DNA of 64,000 nt, from IMG/VR virus record IMGVR_UViG_3300033388_003316; one strand, 5' to 3'. Below the pieces are notes generated by a model. The model saw only the letters and a program-made list of their open reading frames with translations, ran no database searches and had not been told where the DNA came from. Position 1 is the first letter of the stretch. Each line of letters opens with the position of its first letter. Shown here piece by piece: positions 27,606 to 38,300 of this stretch. Both the position numbers and the translations under genes were made by a program. This DNA comes from an uncultured virus (IMG/VR IMGVR_UViG_3300033388_003316) (lineage: Duplodnaviria > Heunggongvirae > Uroviricota > Caudoviricetes).

Positions 27606-29012
27606 ATGAGTAAAATTGATAAAGAAAATTTTGGGTACTTAGGGCTTGATTATCAAACTAGATTGATATCCCAGTTTTTAACTGACGATAGGTTTGCTAA
27701 TAGCATTATGGACATTGTTAACCCTAATTATTTTGAGGATGAAACTCTTAGGTTAATTGTAAGTGAAATTAAAGAAGCTTATGAAAGTGATGAAATAATT
27801 CCAGATGCATCAAGTTTAGAATTTAGACTGGTGGATAAAGTTAACAATGAATTTACTGCTGGATTTGTTAAAACACAAATCAAAAAAATTAAAAATGCAC
27901 CATTAAAAGACAGTCCTAAAGTTCAAAAAATCGCAATGAATTTCTGTAAACAACAGGAGTTAAAAAAATCTATGCGACAAATAAAAAAAATAATTGACAA
28001 GGGAAACCTTGAAGATTATGACCAATGTGAAGAAATACTCAAAAAGGCGTTAGAGATAGGTGACAATAAAGATGATGCTATAGATGTATTTGAAAACCTT
28101 AAAGATGTCCTTAAAACAGACTTTAGAAAACCAATAGGGACAGGTATTAATGGGTTAGATGAAGTTATGAACGGTGGTTTGTCTAAAACAGAATTAGCGA
28201 TTGTATTAGCACCATTAGGTGTTGGTAAAACAACAATTATGACAAAAATGGCCAACTCAGCACATAGACTTGGCTATAATGTCTTACAAATATTTTTTGA
28301 GGATAACCCTAAAGTTATTCAAAGAAAACACCTAACCTGTTGGATGGATGGTAAATACAATTTAAATGAATTAGCAGAACATGAACAAGAGATTATGGAT
28401 AATGCTGAGGACATGAAAAAAAGTGGTGGTAGGATTCAGTTAAAAAAATTCACAAGTCATGATACAACCATTTCCATGATAAAACAATACATTAAAAAAG
28501 AGATAGCTAGAGGTTTTAAACCAGACATTGTTTTTCTTGATTATATCGATTGTGTTATACCATCAAAAAGAGTGGACGATGTTAATGCTGGTGAAGGTAT
28601 GGTAATGCGTGAATTTGAAGCCATGTTATTTGAATTAAACATAGCTGGTTGGACAGCTGTTCAATCAAATCGCTCTGGGTTGAATGCTGACACTGTTGAT
28701 GCAACTATGATGGGTGGTTCAATAAAGAAAGCACAAATAGGTCATTTTATATTATCTATAGGTAAAACACTTGAACAAAAAGAAAGTGCAACTGCAACAA
28801 TGGCAATACTTAAATCTAGATTTGGTAGTGATGGTAGGGTGTTTGATGATATTGTTTTTAATAACGGAACAATACAAATTGATATCACTAAACAACACGT
28901 TGGTAGAACTGTTTTGGAAATGAAAGACATTAAAAAAAATAATGACCAAAATAGAGTTAACTTTATGCTTGATGCGATAAAAACAGTTAAGGAAGAAGGT
29001 GAGAATAATTAA
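27606..29012 (+). CDS. Replicative DnaB-like helicase (T4 gp41-like)
   Basis: IGTGINGLD...GGL, Walker A APLGVGKTT, FFED, FLDYID, WTAVQSNR, ILKSRFG. Confidence 0.92.
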   Translation: MSKIDKENFGYLGLDYQTRLISQFLTDDRFANSIMDIVNPNYFEDETLRLIVSEIKEAYESDEIIPDASSLEFRLVDKVNNEFTAGFVKTQIKKIKNAPLKDSPKVQKIAMNFCKQQELKKSMRQIKKIIDKGNLEDYDQCEEILKKALEIGDNKDDAIDVFENLKDVLKTDFRKPIGTGINGLDEVMNGGLSKTELAIVLAPLGVGKTTIMTKMANSAHRLGYNVLQIFFEDNPKVIQRKHLTCWMDGKYNLNELAEHEQEIMDNAEDMKKSGGRIQLKKFTSHDTTISMIKQYIKKEIARGFKPDIVFLDYIDCVIPSKRVDDVNAGEGMVMREFEAMLFELNIAGWTAVQSNRSGLNADTVDATMMGGSIKKAQIGHFILSIGKTLEQKESATATMAILKSRFGSDGRVFDDIVFNNGTIQIDITKQHVGRTVLEMKDIKKNNDQNRVNFMLDAIKTVKEEGENN

Positions 29013-29037
29013 AGTAAAATAAAAAAACAATTAAATT

Positions 29038-29997
29038 ATGTATTTAAAAAATTCGGATACTGAAAAAAGGTATTCAATATTACCCATCAAGAACCAAGAC
29101 TTATGGGACGCCTATAAAGCGGCAGAAAAACAAACTTGGGTAGCTGAAGAGGTCAATTTAGCGCAAGACAAATATGATGAACTTAGTGATGATGAGAAGT
29201 TTTACTTGAAAAACATTTTAGCTTTTTTCACTATATCAGACGGATTAGTTATTGATAATCTTTGTGATAACGTAATTGATAATGTGGATATATCTGAAGC
29301 TAAGTATTATTATAACCACCAAATGTTTATGGAACAAGTACACGCTAATGGTTATGGTTTATTAATAGATACTTACATCAAGGATAATAAAGAAAGGTTA
29401 GAGTTATTTAACTCAATGATAACAAATGACGCTGTAAAAGCTAAAGCACAGTGGGCTGAGAGTTGGTTAAATAAAGGTACATTTGTTGAAAAACTAATAG
29501 CCTTCGCTTGTGTTGAAGGTATTGCTTTTTCTTCAGTATTTGCTGGTGTATTTTACTTTAGGAGTAGAAACAAAATGCCTGGTCTTGCTGAAATGAATGA
29601 ATTGATTTTAAGAGACGAGAGCTTTCATTATGACTTCGCTGTTCAAATGTTTAGAGAATACGTTAAAGATGAATACAAACCAAATAAAGAATCAATTAAA
29701 GAGGTTATCCTATCTTGTTATGAAACTGAAAAAATATTTGTTGAAAAATCATTACCAGATGGGTTGCCAGGGCTAACTAAAGAAATGATGATTCAATATG
29801 TAGAGTTTGTTGTTGATATCGTACTAAACGATTTTATCGGTGAAACACATTTTAACTCTAAAAACCCATTAGACTATATGAAGAAAATCGGGTTATCATC
29901 AAAAAACAATTTTTTTGAAAGAAGAACAGGTGGTGGGTACACCAGAGTGGATATGCCAGAAGAAGGTGAAAACATATTCGAAGCTGAAGATTTTTAA
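29038..29997 (+). CDS. nrdB: Class I ribonucleotide reductase beta subunit
   Basis: W.AEEV, SDGLV, MEQVH..GY (radical Tyr), VEGI.F, RDESFH, NFFERR..GY. Confidence 0.93.
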   Translation: MYLKNSDTEKRYSILPIKNQDLWDAYKAAEKQTWVAEEVNLAQDKYDELSDDEKFYLKNILAFFTISDGLVIDNLCDNVIDNVDISEAKYYYNHQMFMEQVHANGYGLLIDTYIKDNKERLELFNSMITNDAVKAKAQWAESWLNKGTFVEKLIAFACVEGIAFSSVFAGVFYFRSRNKMPGLAEMNELILRDESFHYDFAVQMFREYVKDEYKPNKESIKEVILSCYETEKIFVEKSLPDGLPGLTKEMMIQYVEFVVDIVLNDFIGETHFNSKNPLDYMKKIGLSSKNNFFERRTGGGYTRVDMPEEGENIFEAEDF

Positions 29998-30021
29998 TAA
30001 TAATGATAATAAAAATATAAT

Positions 30022-32184
30022 ATGAAGATTATAAAAAGAAATGGGAGTAAACAATCTTTCATGCCTAATAAAATTTTAACTAGACTTAAACAACAATCTA
30101 AATCTTTAAAAGTAGATACAACGATATTATTCCAAAAAGTTATCCCACATATTACTGATGGTATGACTGCTACAGATATTGATGAGATTATTGCATTCCA
30201 ATGCGCAGATTTATGTATTAAACACCCAGACTACTCAGTATTAGGTGGTAGAATACTTATTTCTAGACAATCAAAGCTGTTAGAAATAGAAACTAATTCA
30301 GTAGATGATATGTTTGATACATTTGCTGCTTCTACTTTTTTAAAGAAATATTCAATGAAAAACGATGAGGGTATACCAGTAGAAATACCTTCAATGATGC
30401 ATGAAAGGGTTGCTAACCACTTATATCCAGACTCTTTCAAAGAAAGAAGAAAAATGAAGAACGAATTATCTGAAAAGAAAATTAACTTCGCAACACCTAT
30501 TTATTCCAATTCTGGTATTGAAGGTAGAAATGGTATGATTTCGTGTAACCTAACAACACTTAAGGATGATTCTATTGAAGGAATCAATGAAACACTAGAT
30601 AAGATTTCACACGGTTCTAAAGAAGGTTCTGGTATTGGACTCAATATTGATGTTTTAAGAAGCTCTAGAAGCCTCGTAAAGTCATTTAAAGGTTACGCTG
30701 GTGGTGTTGTAAGGTTTGCTGATATGGTGCAGTCACATATGAGGTTTTACAAACAAGGTAATAGGTCTGGTTCATGTGCCCTATACTTATCAACTTGGCA
30801 TAGGGATATTCTTGAATTCTTAGAGCTGAGATTACCAATTGGTGAAGAATTAAATAGAGCTAGGGATTTATTTATAGCAGCAAGTATCGATGATGTATTT
30901 ATGAAAGCCTTAACTGGTAATAAAAAATACCACCTATTCTGTCCAAACCACATTAAAGAAGCTGGATTAAAAGCATTCCATACTATCCATGGTGAGGAAT
31001 TTGAAAATGAATACAATAAGGCTGTTGAATTAGGGTTAGGTCACGAAATTGAACCTAGAAAAATTTGGGATGCACTTATTCGCTCACAAGTTGAATCTGG
31101 TACACCATATGTTTTCTATAAGGACAATGCGAACAAGAGAAACATGCAAGATAATATTGGTACTATTTCTCAATCTAATTTATGTATTGAAATTATGCAA
31201 GCATCTAAACCAGGTTATACACCACAATGTACTTTAGCCTCAGTTAACTTAGCTGAACATGATAATGTTAAAAGTATTGCGAAATCAGTTAAGGTTTTAG
31301 TTAGAGCTTTAAATCAAGTTATTGATAGAAACAAATGGTCTGACGAATGGAGTAAGAATGCTGGACTAGACCAAAGAGCAATAGCTATCGGAGTGGCTGG
31401 TATGGCAGATTTCTTCGCTAAGAAAAAAGTTTCTTTTGAATCAGAAGAGGCTAAGGAATGGACTGATAAGATTTTTGAGACCATGTATAAATCAGCAGTT
31501 GAAGAGTCAATGTTACTAGCTAAAGAAACTGGTGAAAATTACCCAGCTTACGAAGATTCAATGTATTCAAGAGGTGAAACATATATCGAAGGTTGGTCAC
31601 CGATTGATAACGGAGAACCAATCCCAATGAAGAACTCTTTATTGTTAGGGCTTATGCCAACAGCATCTTCTGCAATTCTTTTAGGTGCTTTTGAATGTTT
31701 CGAACCAGTCACATCTAACATATTCACTAGAATGGTTGGTGATGGCGAATTTATTGTGGTCAATAAATATTTGGTACAAGAATTAGATGAATTAGGTTTA
31801 TGGACTGAAGATATTAGAAATAAATTAATAGCTAATGAAGGTAGTGTTCAAGATATTGTTGAGATTCCAGAGGATATCAGATATAGGTACAAGACTGTTT
31901 GGGAGATTCCACAAAAAGCTTTATTAGATTTATCAATTATTAGGAATAAATATGTGGACCAATCACAATCGTTAAATGTTTACCATGCTGATGCGAAGTA
32001 TTCTAAGATTTCTAGTGCTTTAGTTTATGCTTGGAAGAATGGATTAAAGACTGGTGCATATTACACTAGAACATTATCTAAGATTAGGGCTAACAAGAAA
32101 TTATCAGCATCTGAGAATACTCAAACCCCAAAAAGACCAGAGAACTCAATGTTTGATTGTGCGGGTGGCGGTTGCTCAGCTTAG
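30022..32184 (+). CDS. nrdA: Class I ribonucleotide reductase alpha subunit with ATP cone
   Basis: IIKRNG ATP cone, ATP.YSNSG, SC, SNLCIEI, CTLASVNL, MPTASSA, DQSQSLN, GLKTGAYY, C-terminal CAGGGC. Confidence 0.95.
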   Translation: MKIIKRNGSKQSFMPNKILTRLKQQSKSLKVDTTILFQKVIPHITDGMTATDIDEIIAFQCADLCIKHPDYSVLGGRILISRQSKLLEIETNSVDDMFDTFAASTFLKKYSMKNDEGIPVEIPSMMHERVANHLYPDSFKERRKMKNELSEKKINFATPIYSNSGIEGRNGMISCNLTTLKDDSIEGINETLDKISHGSKEGSGIGLNIDVLRSSRSLVKSFKGYAGGVVRFADMVQSHMRFYKQGNRSGSCALYLSTWHRDILEFLELRLPIGEELNRARDLFIAASIDDVFMKALTGNKKYHLFCPNHIKEAGLKAFHTIHGEEFENEYNKAVELGLGHEIEPRKIWDALIRSQVESGTPYVFYKDNANKRNMQDNIGTISQSNLCIEIMQASKPGYTPQCTLASVNLAEHDNVKSIAKSVKVLVRALNQVIDRNKWSDEWSKNAGLDQRAIAIGVAGMADFFAKKKVSFESEEAKEWTDKIFETMYKSAVEESMLLAKETGENYPAYEDSMYSRGETYIEGWSPIDNGEPIPMKNSLLLGLMPTASSAILLGAFECFEPVTSNIFTRMVGDGEFIVVNKYLVQELDELGLWTEDIRNKLIANEGSVQDIVEIPEDIRYRYKTVWEIPQKALLDLSIIRNKYVDQSQSLNVYHADAKYSKISSALVYAWKNGLKTGAYYTRTLSKIRANKKLSASENTQTPKRPENSMFDCAGGGCSA

Positions 32185-32247
32185 GGTGTAATAGAACCTT
32201 TTCAATAATCCCTTTATATTTATCTATAAAGGGAATTTATTATTATT

Positions 32248-32492
32248 ATGGAATATAAATGTGATACTTGTGGGAAACATATGAAGAAGATGGTTATCTA
32301 TCTTTAACTAATAAAGTGATTTTTGAAGGTAAAGAATATTTTTGGAATTATTGTTCAATTGAATGTGTCTATAAATATGATAGTAGTAATGATGAAATAC
32401 TAAAAAAAATAAACGAAATAAGAAGAAATAAATTACAAAATTTCCTTAAAGGTCAAAAGATTAGATTAGACCACCCTAAGTTTAAAATTTAG
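32248..32492 (+). pseudogene. Frameshifted small TRASH/YHS-like Zn-finger gene
   Basis: ATG 32248 gives MEYKCDTCG then stops after 19 codons; the -1 frame continues (E)TYEEDG...YCSIEC to 32492. Confidence 0.55.
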
Positions 32493-32559
32493 TACTAACA
32501 AAATGGTTATTAATATTATTTTTTAACTCACACCATTCATTAATATGGAACACTTAATT

Positions 32560-32589
32560 AAAAGCTTACACTAAACGTAAGCTTTTTTT
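32560..32589 (+). terminator. Intrinsic terminator
   Basis: AAAAGCTTAC-ACTAAAC-GTAAGCTTTT plus T run. Confidence 0.75.
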
Positions 32590-32625
32590 ATTTTCACTAT
32601 TTAATTCCCAAAATATTATATTACA

Positions 32626-32633
32626 ATATTTAT
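32626..32633 (+). promoter_or_regulatory. Putative late promoter ATATTTAT
   Basis: 17 nt upstream of the gp25-like ATG, at the start of the wedge block. Confidence 0.6.
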
Positions 32634-32650
32634 GATAAAAACACAGTGTT

Positions 32651-33034
32651 ATGGCAGAAAAATTCATAAATATTAATTTCCCATTTAAGGACAGCCCCAA
32701 AGGTTTATTTCTAGATTTAACAAAAACAGATTCTCAAGCAGTTAAAGCGGACTTAATGCACCTTATTTTAACTAATAAAGGTGAAAGACTATACTTACCA
32801 GATTTTGGTACAAACTTAAGGAGATTCATATTTAGTCCTAATGATAATATAACACATTCTGATATTAGGCAAGAAATAAATAACGTTGTTTCAAAATACT
32901 TACCTAATTTACAAATAAATGAGGTTTTAATTGAACGTTCTGAAAAATCAGAATATGCAGCAACAGTTAGGATTGATTACACAATAACAGAAGATGTTTT
33001 TGAAACCAAAGATTTTTTATTAATACAATTATAG
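32651..33034 (+). CDS. Baseplate wedge protein (T4 gp25 / GPW-like)
   Basis: INFPF, LILTNKGER.YLPDFGTNLRRFIF. Confidence 0.92.
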   Translation: MAEKFININFPFKDSPKGLFLDLTKTDSQAVKADLMHLILTNKGERLYLPDFGTNLRRFIFSPNDNITHSDIRQEINNVVSKYLPNLQINEVLIERSEKSEYAATVRIDYTITEDVFETKDFLLIQL

Positions 33035-33118
33035 ATAAAAAAAGAAATAATAATACACCTAAAATGTTAATTTATTAATATTGATTAAAGTGGTAAAAAA
33101 AATTAAATATAAAATATA

Positions 33119-34939
33119 ATGGCTAAAAAGATAAACTACTATGCGAGGTCATTCGCAGACGTTAGAACGGAATTAATTAACTTCGTTAGACAATACTACC
33201 CAGACATCCTTAACGATTTTAATGATGCATCTGTAGGTATGATGCTTATTGAATTAAATGCTGCGGTAGGTGACATGTTATCACACCATACTGACCGTAT
33301 GTTTCAAGAAACACAAATTGATTACGCTCAAGAAAGAAAATCAATAATGTCTATGGCTAGAACTTTCGGGTTAAAGGTACCAGGTAAAAGACCGTCAGTA
33401 TCAATAGTTGATTTTTCAGTTACAGTACCAGTAAAAGGCGATACATTTGATTTAGATTACGCACCAGTAATTAGGCGAGGAGCACAGGCTTCTGGTGGGG
33501 GTAAGGTATTTGAAACGATTGATGATATTGATTTTTCAAGTCCATTCACCACAGGTGGTCTACCGAATAGATTAGTCATACCTAACCAAAATTCTAATAA
33601 CACAATTACTAGTTACACACTAACTAAAAGGGAATTAGTAGTAAATGGTTCAACTAAAATATATAAAAGAGTATTAACAGAAGCTGATGTTAAACCATTT
33701 TTAGAGATTATACTACCTGACGATGACGTTCTATCAATAGAATCAATGATTACACTAGAGGGTACAAATTATACCAAAAACCCATCATTAGATGAGTTTT
33801 ACAACTTCGATAATAGGTGGTTCGAAGTACCAGCATTAGCTGAAAATAAAATATTTACACCAGATAACAATAGTAGTGTTGGCTCTGAAGCTGGAATACA
33901 AGCAGGTACTTGGCAAAAAATTGAAAGAAAGTTTTTAAGTGAATATACTGATAAGGGGTTCACTAAACTAATTTTAGGTGGTGGTAATCAAGATATAAGT
34001 TCATTATGTGATTTTGATGCAGACCCAACTATTGTTAATAAAATTGGTGATTTTATCAATAACAACTCTTTAGGTGTGACCCCTAGTGCAAATCAAACGA
34101 TGTTTATTAGGTACAGAGTCGGTGGTGGTTCAACAACCAACGTTGGTAGTAACACTATAAACACTGTTGGTGCAATATCTATGTTCGTAAATGGGCCAGA
34201 TAGTACAATAAATACTGGTGTACGTAAATCACTAACAGTAAACAACCCAGTACCAGCATTGGGTGGGAAAGATGAACCATCTGTTGAAGAAATAAGAAAC
34301 TTAGTTAAGTATAATTTTTCATCACAAAATAGAGCTGTAACACTTAAAGATTATAAATCTAGAATATCATTAATGCCTGGTGAATTTGGTGTACCATTTA
34401 GATGCGGTGTATTTGAGGACCAAAATAAAATATCAGTTTCCGTATTGACATTAGATAGTACAGGTAAATTAAGCTCAACAGCAACAAATGTCCTAAAGGA
34501 TAATATTGCAACATATTTATCAGATTATAGAATGATGAATGATTATGTGGAAGTAAATAACGGTAGGGTTATTAATCTAGGTTTTGAAGTTGATTTATTC
34601 ATAGACCAGCAATTTCCACAAACACAAATTATCGGTGAAGTTATAGAAAAAATCGATGATTTCATGAACATAAATAAACACGAAATGGGTGAAAATCTAT
34701 ACCTATCTCAATTATTAGAAACTGTAAACAACGTTGGGGGTGTGTTGAATGTAGTTGATATGAGAGTTTATAACAAAGTGGGTGGTGGAAAATACTCAAT
34801 GAATGAAATCGCACAACCATATATCGATGAAACAACTAGACAAATCGATTTATTAGGGGAGTTTACAATTTTTGGTGAACCAACTGGTATGTATGAAGTT
34901 AGATATCCAGAAATAGATATTCGTGTTAGAGTAAAATAA
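33119..34939 (+). CDS. Baseplate wedge protein (T4 gp6 / P2 gpJ-like)
   Basis: Y..RSFADVR.ELI, DFNDAS.GMMLIE, YRVGGG, NP.PA.GG.DEPSVEEIR, QNRAVT.KDY. Confidence 0.9.
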   Translation: MAKKINYYARSFADVRTELINFVRQYYPDILNDFNDASVGMMLIELNAAVGDMLSHHTDRMFQETQIDYAQERKSIMSMARTFGLKVPGKRPSVSIVDFSVTVPVKGDTFDLDYAPVIRRGAQASGGGKVFETIDDIDFSSPFTTGGLPNRLVIPNQNSNNTITSYTLTKRELVVNGSTKIYKRVLTEADVKPFLEIILPDDDVLSIESMITLEGTNYTKNPSLDEFYNFDNRWFEVPALAENKIFTPDNNSSVGSEAGIQAGTWQKIERKFLSEYTDKGFTKLILGGGNQDISSLCDFDADPTIVNKIGDFINNNSLGVTPSANQTMFIRYRVGGGSTTNVGSNTINTVGAISMFVNGPDSTINTGVRKSLTVNNPVPALGGKDEPSVEEIRNLVKYNFSSQNRAVTLKDYKSRISLMPGEFGVPFRCGVFEDQNKISVSVLTLDSTGKLSSTATNVLKDNIATYLSDYRMMNDYVEVNNGRVINLGFEVDLFIDQQFPQTQIIGEVIEKIDDFMNINKHEMGENLYLSQLLETVNNVGGVLNVVDMRVYNKVGGGKYSMNEIAQPYIDETTRQIDLLGEFTIFGEPTGMYEVRYPEIDIRVRVK

Positions 34940-34996
34940 CTAATATATAATATTGATTTTAATATATTTAATATTATGTTAAAATAAAAAAAAATT

Positions 34997-35344
34997 ATGA
35001 GTGATTGTGGATGTAAAGGTGGTTCAAACCCATCAACTAAAGAAATGGATATGGCAACCTCTTTCGGGGGTTCATTTTTTGTGAGAATAATAATATACTT
35101 ATTTGCTGTAACTATAGTTGGACTTTCAATGGTTCCAATTATAATACCTTTAATTTTAATCATGTTATATAACCGTATTGTACGACAAAAAAACACAGAT
35201 GTTATGCCTAGTCTTTTAAAATTAGGTAAGATTTTAAGGACTAGTAAAAAAAGAATTGATGATGACGATGATGAGTCTAACATTAACGATGAAAATATAA
35301 ATTCAGACGACTATAAGTTGATGGATGTTGATATTATAAAGTAA
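34997..35344 (+). CDS. Small membrane protein
   Basis: About 30-residue hydrophobic stretch (FFVRIIIYLFAVTIVGLSMVPIIIPLILIML), N-terminal CGC, acidic tail. Confidence 0.7.
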   Translation: MSDCGCKGGSNPSTKEMDMATSFGGSFFVRIIIYLFAVTIVGLSMVPIIIPLILIMLYNRIVRQKNTDVMPSLLKLGKILRTSKKRIDDDDDESNINDENINSDDYKLMDVDIIK

Positions 35345-35347
35345 TAT

Positions 35348-38300
35348 ATGTCAAATAGAACAATAAGAATAAAAACAGACCCAGAAGAGTTTAAAACTAA
35401 ATTATTAAAAGTTAATTTAGAACAAGACTTTGATTTTCTTGAAATACTTTCTTTGAGTATTTCACAAGAAGAAGTGTATAGACGTTTTTGTTCTGACTAC
35501 GGAGTAGTTGTCGGTAGAGCAATTATGAATAACGGTGTAGGTATTCCTAACGCCAAAGTCTCTATTTTTGTACCTTTATCTGAAGAAGACTCTGAAAATG
35601 ACGAAATTAGTGGTTTATACCCATTTGAAACCATAACAGATAACGATGATGAAGGTAAACGATACAATTTACTACCTAATTCTTCTCAATTTGAATGTCA
35701 CACCCCAGTCGGTACATTAGCGACAAAAAGAGAAATATTAGATAATGACTTAGCATTAGATATCCATTGTAAATACTACAAATATACTGCGATTACAAAC
35801 TCTGCTGGTGATTTTATGATTTTTGGGGTGCCAGTTGGTTCACACTTTATTAATGTTGATTGTGACCTTTCAGATATAGGTATTTATTCTCAAAGACCAT
35901 ACGATTTTATAGCTACTGGACAACCTAAAGAAGCGTTTGAATCATCTAATAAATTTAAAGGAGGTGAAGATTTAGATAAATTAAATCAAATCAAATCACA
36001 ACAAAGTAGTATTAATGTGTCACCATTTTGGGGAGATGAAGACCAATGTTCTGTAGGTATTACAAGATTTGATGTTGACTTAAAGCACGAATTAAAACCA
36101 TCTGCTATATTTATGGGTAGTATTTTTGGTGATAATGAAAAAAATTCTATAAATAAAATATGTAAACCTAGAAAAAATTTAGGTAAAATTTGTGAAACAA
36201 TGTCTGGACCTGGCAGTATAGACATGTTACGTAAAGATTTAAATGGTAATAACCAAACATTTGTTATTGAAGGTGGTAGAGTAATAGATGATGACGGTAC
36301 TTGGGCTTTTTTAGTACCAATGAACCTAGACTATATGGTCACTAATGAATATGGAGACCTAGTACCAACCGATGACCCTACTAAAGGTATCCCAACAAGG
36401 AGTAGTGTTAGATTTAGGGCTGGAATGGATATATCTGGTGGTGAAGGTAGACTCAGGACAAGAGCGTTACACTTAATACCACATAATCCAGACAATTATG
36501 ATGAAAGTGATTACTCATTTGGTGAAAGTACTGGTTCTGGGTTAAACGGACATAAGCATTTTCATGATATGTATTGGAATAAAATCTACACAGTAAAACA
36601 ATTCATACCAAGATTTCAAGCACGAAAAGGTGTTGATGTTAGAGCTATGATTGGTATTAAAGATGTTGACGATTGTACAGGTACACACAACCCATTTCCA
36701 TTTAATAGAATGGATTCAGATATTAACCCATTATTTTCAATATTATGTATTATAATTACGATAATTTCATTTTTAGTAGTATTAATTAATAGTGTTATAA
36801 TAACATTAATTAATGTTGTTATTTTTATATTAAATGGTGTCCTAAAAGCCATATGTAAGGCGATTTTTTTTGTAGGTAAAATAACTTGTGCTTTAAAACA
36901 CCCAGGTAGCCAAGAAAAGCGTATAAATTGTAGGAAGAATAGTTGTATAGGGGAATGTAATGATGAGACAACATGTAAAAAATGTTGTAATGATGAAGAT
37001 TTTATTAGTTATATCCCATGTATCACAATGGAATGTCAAAACGAACAATACGCCCCAGGTTGTATATCTGGTACTAAACCACTACCATGGCACGTAACTG
37101 AACAACCATTTTATTACCCAGATGATGATACTGGTATTCACGGTTTCACTGAAACCGTACCCCCAGGTGATGGTGGTTGGGCAGCATGTGTTTCACTATC
37201 ATTAGCTGAATCATTAAATGTTTGGGAATTTGATTTTTATAATGATTGGATTAACGGAACATTATACTCTCCTTTATTAAAATATAAAAAAAAGAGAAAG
37301 GGTAAAGAAAAATTCTGCGAATACGACTGTAAAGATTTTGGTGGTGGTGTTGATGGTGATGATGATGGTAATGGTGATAATAGGTGCCATAATAATTGGT
37401 TAGTGGATAGTTGCACTAACAACGGTGTTAAAAGTAGTGAGGAAGTTCAAATTAGAGACGGATTAGTAAAATCATATGATGATGACCTATATTATGCTGT
37501 GTTTACTCACGAATACGGTTATAAATTATTTAGTACAGATATAGTCACACTTGGTTCAGTTTTTGATTGTGACTGGCAAGGTAAACCAAAAATACAACAA
37601 TATTTAGTACCAACATCATATAAAACACCAGAATTGTTACCAGAATTTGATGATTTAAACCCGTCATTAATGTTAACTAGTGGTTATGATTCATCTAAAA
37701 CAGGTAAGGAATATTCACTATTTTTTGATGTTAGTTGTTTAGGTTTAACAACTGGTGCTATGAATTGTATTAATATAAAAAGACAATGTGAAATTGGTGT
37801 TGGGTTAAATGAAGACAGACAAGATGAATCACCAGCTATTGGTTGCTCACCAGTTGGTTCTGGGGGTGGGGCAACTGGTATTGGCCCAAACTATTTAAAC
37901 CCAATAATTGACAATTGTGATATTGATTTTTTATATATTAGAGACGCATTCATAGACATGAATGATTCAAACGCAGGTATTACATATAATAGTACATCAG
38001 CCTCACAACACGCAACATTTGGTTCTGGAAATAATAATCAACAAAAAACTGATACCGCATACGAAAAATATAGGAACATTCAGTACAACAAAACAATTGA
38101 ACAACCTTGGGGTGGTTCAATGTATTTTTATTTTGGGTTACAACCAGGTAAAACAGCTTTGGATAAGATGAATAGTAAATTTTTTGAAACATGTGTTGTA
38201 AATGAAGTGAATGACTTTTTAATCGTGTGTGACAATATTATAGATGTGTCAACATATAACGGTAGTGATGGTGAAATTAATATATCTATAATTGGTGGTA

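Noticed and set aside
24793..32184. Inteins or group I introns in RecA, helicase or RNR
   Set aside because: Protein lengths are normal, motifs are contiguous, and no intein termini or LAGLIDADG/HNH motifs are visible
34997..35344. Holin call for the small membrane protein
   Set aside because: Not adjacent to the lysozyme and no holin-family motif recognised; left as an unknown membrane protein
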